From positions 59,520,001-59,584,000 of the forward strand of contig OZ249436.1 of assembly GCA_965235115.1 (NCBI GenBank): DNA of 64,000 nt, in the 5' to 3' direction. Below the pieces are notes generated by a model. It saw only the letters and a program-made list of their open reading frames with translations. It made no database searches and had not been told where the DNA came from. Position numbers and translations under genes: made by a program. Positions 13,501 through 26,945 of this stretch are shown one piece after another. The number at the start of each line of letters is the position of its first letter. Position 1 is the first letter of the stretch. This DNA is from Laetmonice hystrix (Eukaryota).

Positions 13501-16500
13501 CTCACACACAAACGTCGTCTTAAGGTGTTTAATAACGTGGATAGTTCAGTGAATCTTAATTCACGTCAAATCTAAATAAAACCCGTCTCTATGCCGTAAC
13601 AACGTAGTCTGCGTAGAATAAGATGATAAAGATTCTTTTATTACCGGAGTTAGTCATGCATGCAAGTTCAGCTCATGGACATTCAGGGGGTTAAGCTTGT
13701 GTGAGGATAAAGGTTGGCTATAAAAGGGGATTTAGCTGGCTATTCCTTGTTATCACTTGTTTTGCATTTGAATGCAGGCATCCTCGTGATGATGACTATT
13801 ACGGGCATATACTTGAGCATTGGAAATCAAAGGTAAATAAAAGTGTTGAAACTATAGCCATGTAGATCCAGGGATTCACAGATAATGTACGAAACTGGGT
13901 AGGATTTCAGGGTGACATCATCGATTGCGGGTGTAGGTATTTCAGGAGGAAATACGCAAAGACGTGTGTTTTTGACACTCACACGAATGATGTATGTAGT
14001 ATTATTAAGTTTAATAATGGTAGTAATTTTGAAAAACATCCCCCCGCCCCCTTTGGGATCCTGATGGGATATTACCGACCGGAAGTAAGGGAGGAAGACC
14101 AGAAAGTCGGTAAAGGGTGATATGGCATGACACTGGAGTGTTAGAGTTGTGCTCTTTTGGAATGATCTGGTGTGAAGACTCACCGGGTGGGTTGATGGAG
14201 GCCAAGCTCAGGCCACATGCTGCTGACCACAACATGGGCCCGTATCATGCAAAAGTCAGCTTGACATGCAGAAAATAGCCGGCCTCTACAAGAAGGCCTC
14301 TCCTTCCACTGGTGCGGTGATTAAGGCGTGGTATGAGTCCAGAGACTTAGATCTGTGATCTCAACCTGTCCTTTTTTAGGAGGGGGAGGTTCCAGTGAGA
14401 ATCCTCTATGTGTTAATTGGTGAACTGGCAAGCGTTGAGTAAAAAGAAGGTCCTTTGTTTGTTGTGGTAATACGTGTATATATATTTATGCAGGTGTTCG
14501 TTTGTTACCATTGGAGACTTTTTAATGAAAAAAAAACGTGGAAAGGATTTGACTGCATGTTTCTGCACCACGATTAACGTTGATGTGAAGAGTATTCAAG
14601 ACGGAATGCGTGTTGGACAAAGGACGACATGATCGAGCCCGGCATATTGGCCTGTTTCCATCTACAAATGTGGCTGTTTCTACGTGTATCCCCGCCGCCT
14701 CTGGAGGGGCACGCCCCCGTCTCACTGAACCTATACCATGCAGAGGCAACCGATTCCTTAACTCCCATTTACACATAGCTCTTTAGTTAAATTCTTCGCC
14801 TTTTCATAAAATGATGCATAGCGACCAGTGTTTTGCTATTAGGCAATGTATAACGTGAGTGTGGCGCTTGTGTGAAGTTTTTTTGTTGGACGAGGATGGC
14901 TTTGGCCTAGTTGTACGTGGTGGTGTGATGACTCGAGGGTCACTATGCCAAGGTTGGGGTTGAGGGCGGGAGCAGACGCCACGCGTGGCCATCCAACACG
15001 CCTTCATTCATCACGGTGTTAGCCCCATAGAGGACCTCCAGACCATGAGAAGGCATCGTCTCTACTCATTCACTACTCCATGGCAGTCTAGACGGGAATT
15101 AACTGCTATAAAAATCTACTCCTAGGTGGTTTCCCTAAAGAAAGAATGAAAGATATAAAAATACACGGCGTAAGATATTCATTGCAGATTTTGGGATCTC
15201 CAGAACTGGAAAATACGTGTACACCTTTGGCATTGTAGGCCATGTGACCCAGTCGTGTCAGGGGCATGAATTGAATTGTGATTTTATATACTTCCATACA
15301 AGGGGGGACTGTTGTGGCTCTCAGAAGAAGACGGCAGGGCCTGGTCTGATGCCTAATTACAGGTGGGGTGCCTTGACCTGGAGGAATATGGGGGCTGGAA
15401 CCTGTCAGGTCAGGTGGCTCTCCCCGGGGGTTGGGGGCAGGTAGGCCGAATGATTCATCTGCTGTCGCTGACTGTACTTGTCAACACACCCATTTGGAAC
15501 AGGTTCCCCCGTTCATCTTCTCTTGTCTTATGCATATTTAGTTTTAGCATGCAGAAAGCAAACGGTTCACCCCATACTGTCCAGAGTAACTGTTATGTCT
15601 GAGCTGTACTGCAAAATCCACCAAAAACTACAAAGAGAATGTATCTGATTTATTGAAACTAGGACAACTGTTCGCCGTGTGTTGAATATGATGGAGTGGA
15701 AGGGTAAAGGAGAGAGTTTAAAGTGAGCTAGATAAATGGGTTCGAAATAGACCTGTCATAGAAGTCAGTGCTTATGTCATGCTGTGTCCAGCAAACTGTA
15801 CTGGCAGTAAAAATAAAAGTACATAGGCCTAGTGCCAGGCAGTTAATGCAACTCGTAGTTGCAGCAAGTCAGATTTATAGTTGTCGTGTAATTCACAACA
15901 TGCTCTTTGCCAGTAGCTTATCATATACTGTCATCTATGTCAGCAACATCCGCAGTTCATATTAATCATGCTCAAATCAATTTTAAAAAAGGTTAATAAT
16001 CTTGAAGGGGGGGGGGGGGTTGTCATGTACAGGTGTACTCTGACGGTTGTTGATCAATGGCAGCCTGGTGGTAAGGTTGACGTGAAGCAGGACCTCTTCA
16101 TTTGTAAGTCCTACATGTTATCGTGGGCAAACAGGGATTGGCCACCCCTACGACCAGCCCCACACTTCAAACATGCAAATGATACATAAGTAATTGACAA
16201 ACCCTTCAAAAAGACCTACAGGTGGAACAGATGTCAATAGAAATGTGCAAAGGTATAAGGTTAATCTGATACTAATCAGTCGCCTCCATGGCTGGCCTCT
16301 ACCAGTCGCTGGTAACGTTTACTCGTGTCCCCCAAAAAACGGAAATCACATCTTGATAAAGTGGCAGCTCTAGAGACAGGTCAAAACAGGACGGGATTGT
16401 TAAAACCATTGATGCCCAGTTACAGGATATATGACCACTTGGGTAACGCTCTGATAGGCAGCCACTTGATCAGGCGCTCAAACACCCTACTTCTTGTCCC

Positions 16501-19244
16501 TCAGCTGTCTTTTTTGCATGCCTAAACTTCTAAACTTTCGCTATAAAATTCTTAAATTTCGGACAAAAATTGTGATCATGCAGACTTTTTGGGGGGAACA
16601 GAATGTTGTGTGAAATGGTCCTTAGACAGGTCGTGGAAATTTGCCAGAACTAGACACCGAGCAACCACTAGGTTAAATCCTTGGCACACATGACACGGCA
16701 ACCAAGGGCAGTCGGCGATTGACGGACCCAACAGGTTGGACAGACACAAGTGGACCCGGTTGACGCTCTCAGACTTTAGACATGACCTAAAGAGGTCAAG
16801 GAAAAAAACGCAGTTTAAAAAAAACTGCAGTCTGACTTGAATAGGCGTAGAGATTTGAATGTCGACCGAGTTGGCTAGTAATTCTGTGGCGTATATAATG
16901 TAGCCAGGTAGCAGTGTTGTTAGGGTAGAGTCATTGCGACCTGTAATGTGAGCTATTGAGGGGACTTTGACAGCTGGCTTATCAGTTATCACACCAATCC
17001 TTTTTTTGGTAGCTTTATATAAAACCATCTTAAAACTTATAAATTTAATCTGTATCTGTTATAAAACAGCATCCCGAAGGTAAAGAAGAAATTGCACTTA
17101 GTCTCTGAGGGATTTGATATTTGTCTATTTTGTTTGTTTTTTCTTGCTTCAGTGAAAGTGCAGTTCAGTTAAAGAGACGTTTTATAATAAGGCAGGTGGA
17201 TAAATACCCAGGCAGGTTAGGTGTGCTGCATGCATGCCGACTGTAAGGTAGAGGTGACGGACACGGGTGGCAGGCTGCGATCTGTTGCAGGGGGTGGGGG
17301 AGGAGGAGGGGGAGGAGGAGGAGGGTGCGTGTGGCATGGGGCCATCGAGCCGTGCCCACTGGGGTCCTTGTAGCCTGGCACGGCCCCATGGCACACCGTT
17401 ACACCTACCTATCTGCCTACCTGCCTACCGACCTCCCCCACCCACCTCCAACCGCTTGCCCAGCCAGCCACTCACTCAGGTGTGCCTCCCGGAGCCCTCC
17501 ACCTGTACAGGGACAAAACATTCCGTCCTCAGGCTCCTGGTGCACGCACATAACTCACCGGACATAGATTGAGGTGTTGGCCAAACGCTGCTCTATCTAG
17601 TCGCGGGTAATTATCTCAGTCACAACTCTGAAAGTATTTGAGAACTAACTGAATGAAAGCCATGGGCATATTAAAGTAATTTACTTGGAAGTCATTTGTT
17701 AAATGGGCAAGCTTCTATAGAAAGAGAATTTAGGATCTTGGAAATGTGGGACAGATATTTCACTTCAGCATATTAGCTTGATGATTGACAGGTTGGAGTG
17801 CCTCCTCAGTTTGCAGTTTTAACAAACTTCAAAATAGAGTCATCTGTTTTAAAAGAAAACCATGCTAATAGCGCAGAACTCGGGGATACTTAGCACAGTT
17901 TCAATTATTTGCCGTTTGGATGTTAGGAAATTGCGGCGACTCGGTTATTGCGTCTAGTCAAGTCGGTTCCGTGGCAGTGTCGTACTGAAATGTTTGTTGG
18001 ATCCTGCCGTTTATTACGGGAGCCCAGGTGATAGATTGCGGGGAGCATTGTAGTAAACGTTGAGTGTGGTGGGGAAGTTGTCGTGTGATGTCCACTAGTT
18101 TGGCGGTGTCTGTGGTATCCAGGGGTACCCAAGGTGTGGCCAGTAGGAGAGTGGTGGCGGGGCACCTTGCTGTGGCGGTGGCTCAGGGAGCACATGGCAT
18201 GACCCAAGTCAACACATGTGTAAACAATGGTGAGTGCCACAGAATGGCAATGGCTGGAGGCGACTCACTCTGATACCAGGCAGCTGGCCTGACTCTGTTT
18301 GCAGAAGCTTAGGCAGGATGAACATATCAAACACACCAACATATTTCCATCATCGACTTACACTAGACATGTGCAACTTCTTATATTGATGCTCAACTTG
18401 GGGTCTCATACTTGATATGGCTGAAGGGCAATGGTGCCTCAACTGAAAGTTGGCAACTGTGTTTCCGATTCACCCGATCACCCTGATGCTGTCAGCTAGG
18501 GAGTTAATGTTGGAATGTCACCTTGTTTAGCATTTATCATAGAGTATGACAACGTTCAACTACTTCTGCCTACATTTGATGTATTAGGAAAGAAAAGTTG
18601 GATAAGAATGTACGACTGGCCAAGGGTGGTTGGACAAGCATGGGTGGCGACCAGGAGCTGTCAAATGGAACTAGATGTAGGGTGCCTTTTGTGGGTCATA
18701 GGGGGAGCTATTGGTTGTTCATCCAGCCTGAAGGAACAGCTTTCGTCAGTCCTTAGATATGTGCATTGTTGTCAACTGAGCAGCGGCAATTACTTCAGCA
18801 TTTTCATAAATTTGATGGAGTCATGCCTCAAATACTTCCCTGGTAGTTCAGCATGATGTCACTGAAAGAGGGTGCAGGAGGCACTTTGTTCGTAAGGGCA
18901 CTTCTCATTTTGTTTGCAGTGAAAAGCATGGTGCACAGTGTGCCCCAGGGCAGTGATTTTCAGCGGAAGGCCCAGGGAGGAACATTCAGTCATGGGGACC
19001 ATGTTCTGCCTGCACCTGTAGACCTGCTGTTCCGCCAGGCTGGGGGTTTTTATGCCTGCAGTGTTGTTCCAAGGCTGTGAATTCTTTACTGGTAATTTTG
19101 TGGGGCACTGGCTCGAGTTGAGTTCCTGTTGGATTGGGTTAAAAAGAACAGCGGGGTTATTGCTAAGTGCCTTGTTTGCATGGCGGTGAGAAACTGGTTT
19201 GCGTGAGTCAGGGAGAAACTTGTCTTCCCTATTTGCCGGTGTAG

Positions 19245-19247
19245 CAA

Positions 19248-19282
<35 letters not shown>

Positions 19283-19309
19283 GAAGCAGCAGAAGCAGCA
19301 GCAGCAGCA
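19245..19309 (+). repeat. CAG/CAA/AAG trinucleotide repeat
   Basis: About 21 triplets, caacagcagcagcagcagcaacag...cagaagcagcagaagcagcagcagcag. Confidence 0.92.
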
Positions 19310-22300
19310 CTGTTTACACTCACGTTCAAGGGGTACGGTTGTAGAATGTTCCTAACCAAATCATCCTGGACCAAAGCGGAGAGTCATGCGAGAAACAGCC
19401 ACCAGCAAAGCAAAGCAGCACCTCAACTGCTCTTGAAAGTGTTGTCGCTCCCTGGCGCTGGACATGCAATCTGAGACCCCCTCTCCGACCTAGTTCCTTT
19501 TTTATCCCGATAGCGGTTGCCTTGGCACCGCTGCCTCGGGCGTTTCTTTAGAGGAGGACATAACCCCACTTTTGTGGCATGAATGAAGCCAGATATTTCA
19601 TACCACCAGTGTTTTTATACGGACTTTCATGTGAAGACCTTTAGTGTACATAGGAAAGATTGTAATGTGTTAATGGATGACTGATCAGACCTAGTTGTTC
19701 GGGGGGGGGGGGGGGGGCAGTCAGGGAAGTATGGAGTAGGTTCCCTAAGGGAAGAGACATTAGGGTGTGGAAAGAAGGAAATGTCGGTGACCACCACCAC
19801 GGTCCAGGATGTGGCCACTCGTGCGGCGGGAGGGATGATGTCAGCGGTCAGTATGTCCAGCCGTGTCAGCAAACATCAACACTGACGCCTTCGAACACGT
19901 TCCGTTCGCCCACAGTTGTATCACGGTCTGGGGCGAACTATCTGGTAGGAAAAAGAAGGGAAAAAATTATCGGCTAGAAAAAGTGTGTGGAAAATGAAAA
20001 GGAAAAAGGGTTTAAATATTCAGTGAGAGGGGCCACAGACGCGCTGATTTGCCTTTGCTGTGGTTGACACCTACTCCTCACAACCCGTCTATGCCAAATA
20101 AAAGCATGCTTCAATATCATGTCAGAACCATATTGAAATGCCAATTACCCAATGAAATTAGGCCACCAACACTAGAACGCTAATTGCAGTAGGTGGTGAT
20201 TGTGGAAGAGGGGGCCCATCCTGGTTGTGACCTCTGCATACTTCCTTTGCTTCGATCAAGGTTGTGGTATTTTGACATAGATTATTGGCATAGTTGAGGA
20301 TGGTCGTCGTGCAGCAAAGTGGGCATTAGTTGGAGGGCATTGACGACACAGAAGACATCCTTTCTGCATGAGAACTCCCAAATAACAGCTAAATAGTATG
20401 GGTCCGTTTTTAAAAATCGGAACAGCCCAGGTTTGCATCTCGTCATGGCCAGCAGGACTGTAACTTTGTGGTGGGACACCTCGAGCGAAGCAGACAGAAT
20501 TTAAAAGAGTCATTGTTCTAAGTGGCTTGGAATTTTTTTCCGTGCGTCATTGGCAGAGACATGACGTATGGTTGCCTGGTTTTGTCAGCTGACACGGCAA
20601 ACACGTGTCAACTTATCGCAGATATCACTGAAAATGAAAAAAAGGTCCATCCCCTGATGTTTAAAAAGGATACAAGAGATGGAACGGCACAGTTGGCTTA
20701 TCAAGATAAAGATAGTCATCGCATATCTTTGACTGTATTAAGAATCACTAGGGAATACAGAGGAGCTCTACATTCTATTACCAGGCAGCTCTTGAGATTG
20801 AATAATGGATCTGCAGGGTGAAAATGCAATATTCAGAATGTAGTGTCGGTTAAAAAGCCCTGGGAAATCAGTGACATGTCAACAGAGAGAGGAAGCAGGC
20901 GGTGACGTCTTGAACGTCCTTGGAGAACAACCTTCCCCTCTACTCTCTGTTTGAGGACTGAAAGTGCCAGGTTTCACGCTATTGTACAGATATATGAGTA
21001 GTGGCAGTTACGCTATTCCCTGCAGGGAACAGATAGGTAGTTTGTTCCGTGGTTACTTCGATGGCACCTTAGGAACACCCTGCTGGATCAGGGATGACGC
21101 AAGTATAGGGTACCTAGATTAGGAACAGCTCATAACACTAACGGACAATTTGCTTTTGAAGTAAATGACGCCCCATTAATAAAAGAAATCATACACCAAG
21201 CTGAGGCGGCTATAAATATCCCAATTAATATCGCATTAATGAAGAGGCCTAGTGCATACCATGCAGGAGTTCTCCAATTTCTTAATGATAAACGCCAGCA
21301 GCAGTAGGGAGGGGAGGTAGGCAGTCAATGAGGCTGGGTGGTGAAGGTTATCCTTCAGCGCCCCCATTACACTCACCTTCGTTAGGCCCTCAAAAGGGCT
21401 TTATATGTGCAAGGTGTGTGGCTAGACCACTGGGGAGGGAAGAACATCCAGGGCAGGAGTGCAAAACAAATGCTCCCAACGGTAAGGCAAACACAATCCA
21501 AGGGAGGTACGCAGCCCCATGCCCATCATCCCATCATGCCGGGGGGGGGGGGGCACTGGTTAAACCCCTCCTGGCTGGTCACTCGAGTGGTCAGCTAGTG
21601 CACCACCCTCCTGACACCTGCATTGGTCCCAGCGTTCAGGACAAAAGTCCCAGAGCACATCCTTATAAGGAGCCCTGTGTGGGCTGAGAATCTGGGAGGG
21701 GTTGCGCCACAGGCAAGCTACAAGATGACCTGGGGTGGGCTCAGCTGGACAGCGACCACGTGGCCCACATGCGTCGAGCACTTACTTACGTGGTTGGCAC
21801 CTCCTTTTGTTGTGCGGAAGCCGTCCTGTGACATCTTTATTTGCACCTCTGCAGTGGGTTGGCAGGCGCCGGTGTGCAGGTGTCAGCGTTAAACTGCCCT
21901 CCCATGAGGTGGCCGGGACTTTCACCAGAGTGGTTGTTTATGTACAACGCTAGATCAAGTCAAGCCTGCCTGCTGGCTCAGGTATAGGCCATATATAGGC
22001 CTATATGACCGTACCAAAAGTTCAGCTATATAACCTAGTAGCACGAATTCCCTTTTCTTTATTATAACCCAATCATCAAATTATGCATTATCCATTTGAT
22101 TTGATTGTCTGATTCAACTCATTTGGTATTGTTTAGACATCAGCAGAGATTGATATAAGCCCGGACCTAAGTGAATACATGCATCTGTAGACTGGTAGTA
22201 GGTTATGAATGTCGCCTGGAGTAGTTCCCTGGTTCACATCAGCAGGAGCAATGGTAATATGTTGAGCAGGTCAGCTTTGATGACCACCTTCCATTTAAAA

Positions 22301-25300
22301 CTGCCTGCAGATTTGATGGAATTGAATTGGGATTTCTCTGCCCAATATTTTCCTGATATTCTCTTTGTTTTAATTTCCCTGTGCAAAAATGATAAGCGCC
22401 CTGATTCCGATTTGTCATGCTCAAAGCGAAGTCAAAATTGAAGTCAGATTTCAAGGAGAGCTGATGCACCCGATGTAACTGGCATCGCCAGTGGCACGAG
22501 GGAACCAAGCTTCATTTACTGCCAGCTAATTCAAAATTGGGCCCATTTCCTTGTCAAAATAATTAAAATAATTTTGACTGTGTTCATCCATGTCAGAATC
22601 ATTCAATTATTTGAGATAGTGAAGTCTAGTATGAACTCGGAGAGTAATGGCTATTGCTGATTGTGCACTTTTTTTCTCTCCAAACAATCCAGTTTGAAAG
22701 CCTTTTTAAAAGACTTTAGAATTTAAGGAATATTGCGATGCAAAGTGTAACTAAAAATGATCTCAGGAGATGCAAATGGGTTTGGTTTTCACTTCCAAGG
22801 ACGAAAAGAATGAGATAGCACATTAAAAAAGTGTATAGATAGAATGGTGATGGATAGAAAATATTAAAACTAAGGGCAAAGTCAATGGCTTGGGATGTTG
22901 GGTACTTCATGATTCTGGTTGATATGATCAGATGTCTGCATCATACTGAAATATATTATTCGAGATATTGTGACTATTTTGCAGTCCTTTCTGTAGTTGA
23001 AGGAAGGGTCGGGTTGAACAGTATTTTCCAGTTGCATTCTGCATCCATACATTTAGAGACAAAACCAGACAGCTAGGAAATAAACATAGAACCGGCCGTC
23101 TGCGTTCTGAGAAGGATCGGTTCAGTGTTCAACATATCAGTGTAATATGTAGAGGAAGGCAGGGAAGGTGATCTTGGACCTTAGATCATGGGTCGTATTG
23201 TCTGATCACATCTCGCAAGAAGGGGGCCTTTTATTAACATACCTCTACGTTTGTGGAAGTGTTATAATTTACTCTTTATTCTTTGACCTAGGCTAACAGT
23301 ATTTAAATACGGTACTACAAATATTCTGAAAAAAGAAGAATTTTAAAGTGTATAGCCTTTTTGATTAATATCTCTTGTTTCCATTGTCTCAACAGCTAAA
23401 CCATCCATATCTGGTATGTATGAATTTTTGTCTACTCCGCCAAATCCCAACTCCTCAAACCCTCTCCTTGCCCCCGGGGGCACTTGGTTATAAGTAACCC
23501 CAGCCTGCTCGCAGTGGCCAAGGAATGAGCATGAGATCCGAGTCTTGCCATCATAGGTCATTGTGCTCACCCCCAATGATTCCATGAATGTGTCTGATAC
23601 TAATAGTGTGGCAGTTGATTGTCTGTCTACCTCAGTTCCAGGTGTGAGTGGCAGGTGCTCCTTAGATCCTATTGTTCTCACAGGTTACCCGACCGTACTG
23701 TTAAGACTCACCTATGATGTCTACGCGGTCCCAATGTGGCATACCCATCTGTTCCTATTTCTGTGTGAATTCCTTCAGTAGATCACCGAATATATTAATG
23801 TTTTCCTGACTTGGAGACGGAATTCCAGTTGTCGCTACATTTGAATATGGATACCAAGTTCTTTGCAAGCTCTACATGTAGAAGATGCCTGACTTCTTGT
23901 CTAATGAATGGCCAGGGGCCCCTAGGTTTAAGAAGCATGGTGATGGTAGTTAGAAGTCCGGCATGATTCTTTATAATACTAATGGTAAGAAAAACGAAGT
24001 TTTTAAATGCATGATTGCGAGGTGAATCTTAAATGAAGGCCTGAATATAATGTCATGTCGCACACATTGTTGCTCAAAACAGGGAGATATAATCAGTGAA
24101 TCAGAAAAGGTGTGATCGAGTAAATCACTTAACTTCATTAGTGTGCAAAGAATGACTACTTTCTGTTGAGTTGGGTGAAAAAAGCGTGCACTGACAATAG
24201 TCCCTCGTAGGTTGATGTATAGGCCTCGATTGGGACATGTAACTATAGAGCTAACACTAATACCATCTCATATCTGGCCTCATTAATGCTCACCTAGGTA
24301 GCCAATTATTAACCGTGAACAATTAATAATAAAGACCTGATATTAGGCGGGCTGGGTCAGATGCTAAAAATGTGTGCCTTTCAGATTGCATCAGAAGTAA
24401 GATTAAGGTTTTAAACCAGGTGACAGTTGAAGAGACAGTTACCAGGTGAAGGACATCAATTCCATCCATCTCAAGGTCTCTGAGAATCCCTGCTTCCAGG
24501 GAACGTGTTCTTTATTGCAGGTGTGAAGTCGTCAGGTGAGCAGAATGCCAGCGTTGGTCATGGCGAGGCTTGCATTATTTACAGCTGTAAATTGGGGGGG
24601 CCGATTAATTTCAGCAATGGCTGGTAATATGTTCGGTCAGATGCTGCCTCTTGAATTAGCAACACAGATCTCCCCCTGCTTAGGAAGAGGAAGAAAAAAA
24701 AACTGTTTGGGACTAATTAGGAGAGAACGAGAGGTGCAAGCTGAGGTAGGGCCGAGAGGTGTTCGGCTTGTTAGTTGGCAATGAATATGATCCGAGTGTT
24801 AATTTAGTAGGTGTCTTGATTAGTGCATAGTGACCTTTGTCAGAAGGTGCAGGCCCAGCCGACATCCTCCACTACCTGTGTTACCCACGGGGCGCCATCT
24901 TCCGATCACATCCGCAGATTAAACATATGGCTTGCCAATATTGAATACACTTTATTAATGCGATAGGAAATGGGGAAGGGGGATATTAAATTGCAACTTG
25001 TGATGCCGATATGTGATGCACGGATCATTCTCTAGAAATTCAATGGTTGCCTAGGGCGCTTGTCCCTTAGCGAGCCAATTTGTCTGACACAGTAGGGAGC
25101 AGTGGGGAAGCACTTTCAGTTCAACATCAGGTCTCCCACAACAACATCGTTTTGGAATTGGTGAAAATGATAACGCTGTCAGCTTGTTAATTGAAGGAAG
25201 TGAAGTCAAACCAAAGAAGTAATACGTTTGCCTAATTACTGTATTCCCTGGCTTCCTTTCCCTTCTCTCCTTTGGAAATATGTGCATTTGTGTTTGGCAA

Positions 25301-25829
25301 TGGTGAGACGTAGGGAGGCAGAAACAAGGGCCGCGGCCAAGTCCCTGTTGCTGCAGGTGCTGGAGCATAGCATTATTTGACATGAAACTGTAATGAGGAT
25401 TATTTCCAATATGTCTTGATAACCAGAGCGTCGTGAATAAGAAGATGTTATCAAATCATATGGGAAGCCACCGTGACCGTAATTTATTGAGAACCAATAT
25501 TCCTGTTATGTCCTCACCTCCCATCACTATTAAGAAGGAGAATAACACCGTTTCAAATCACTTAAAAATTTAAAATCGCATATAATGTGATATATTTGAC
25601 CTAAAGTTTAACAATTATTTGATCTTAGTCCAGCCGCCTACAGAAAACCGTAGTCGAATATTTTCCTGCTTAGCCGTGAAGTGAGGCTCTGTGAAATATC
25701 CACACAGAATCATGTATTCAGCATCGTAAAATACAGTGACTAAAAGAATCACACCAACCTAAACTGGCTTAGATATATGGTAACATGAAATGCGCAACAT
25801 GGCGTAGTCTCCCACCCCACCCCGCTCCA

Positions 25830-26754
25830 GATCAAAGGCAAGCTCCCTCCTCAAGGATACTAGTGTTTGCCCAGGATGAAACCAGCTAAGTATGCAGCTA
25901 TAGCAGCAGTAGTCGCCCATAAATAGATCTACAATCATACACCGCCGCGTACATATAAAGCCAAACGGTTTCAGAGTGAGAAAAAAAACTTTTGAAGGAA
26001 AGGTCACCCCAGTAGAATCTTGACTCTGAATATTGATCACTGTAGCACAGATGGTTAAATAGCAGCCTCAAATTATGCTAATTCAGGAATGGGCCCGATA
26101 TCTTTCACAGGCCGCTGGCAAGGGTAAATATAACGATAAGATTTCTCCGGTGTTTGTATGTTATTTATTTTTATTTGGATATTTTCATCAATCGTTTCCT
26201 AAAGAAGTACCGGTACATGTCTTTTGTACCTCTGCCGCTATTACCGGGCGCGCTAGACTAAAAGACCCAGTGTTGGTGTGTGTGCAAAAGATTCTAGAGC
26301 CTTCAATTCCTGGCGGTAGTGCGCTGCTAGCAGACATGTAACCTGAACGCGGCGCACGGCAACCTTCCCTTTGATGTAGCCTTTGTAGTAGGTAATGGTT
26401 GCAGATGCACAGCCAGCCTCCATCTTCTCCAACTGCTTCAGCATGGCAGCTCGGGGACCCACTCAAAACCTTTCCGATCCCAGTCTAGATAGAACACGTG
26501 CAGCTGTGGTGTTATTTTTTATGCGGGAGACCTAATTCAAGCGACGCAGTAAATCATATCAGCGAGCGCAATGCGTCCCTTTGATGTCGGTAAGCCAAGT
26601 AGGGAAACACAGTTATGGCCCTTGTCGAGTTGGGCGGCTGGCCGGTGCCACTTGTAATATTTGGGCCTGCCTGATGATCTTCCATTAGAATTCTGCAGGG
26701 CTTGTTGTGGTGATCGGAGGTAGGGAGGTGTGCCGTGATGCCGTCTCTTTGATG
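25830..26754. promoter_or_regulatory. Cluster of TCF/LEF binding sites (candidate Wnt-responsive enhancer)
   Basis: GATCAAAGG 25830-25838, CCTTTGATG 26368-26376, CCTTTGATG 26578-26586 and TCTTTGATG 26746-26754 (the last preceded by two GCCG). Confidence 0.5.
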
Positions 26755-26794
26755 TGGTCCCTGTAGACCCTGGGTGAAGCTGAGCGAGGATGGT

Positions 26795-26945
26795 TGGTAG
26801 ATAGGTAGGACATGGCGGGTAGGCGGGCGGAAGGGTTGGCAGGCGGACAGACAGACAGACAGACAGACAGGGAGGCAGACTCGGGATAGGTGGGCTTTTA
26901 GGTTGGAAGGCAGGGAGATAGGCAGGACAGTAGGATAGGTGGGAT
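26795..26945 (+). repeat. Degenerate GGTA/GGCA/GACA tetranucleotide microsatellite
   Basis: (GACA)6 at 26846-26869, embedded in purine-rich ggtag/ggcag units. A similar array lies on the opposite strand at about 17401-17475. Confidence 0.75.

Noticed and set aside
18859-19374. 171-aa minus-strand ORF with poly-Ala
   Set aside because: It stays open mainly because of the CAG repeat and has no recognisable domain.
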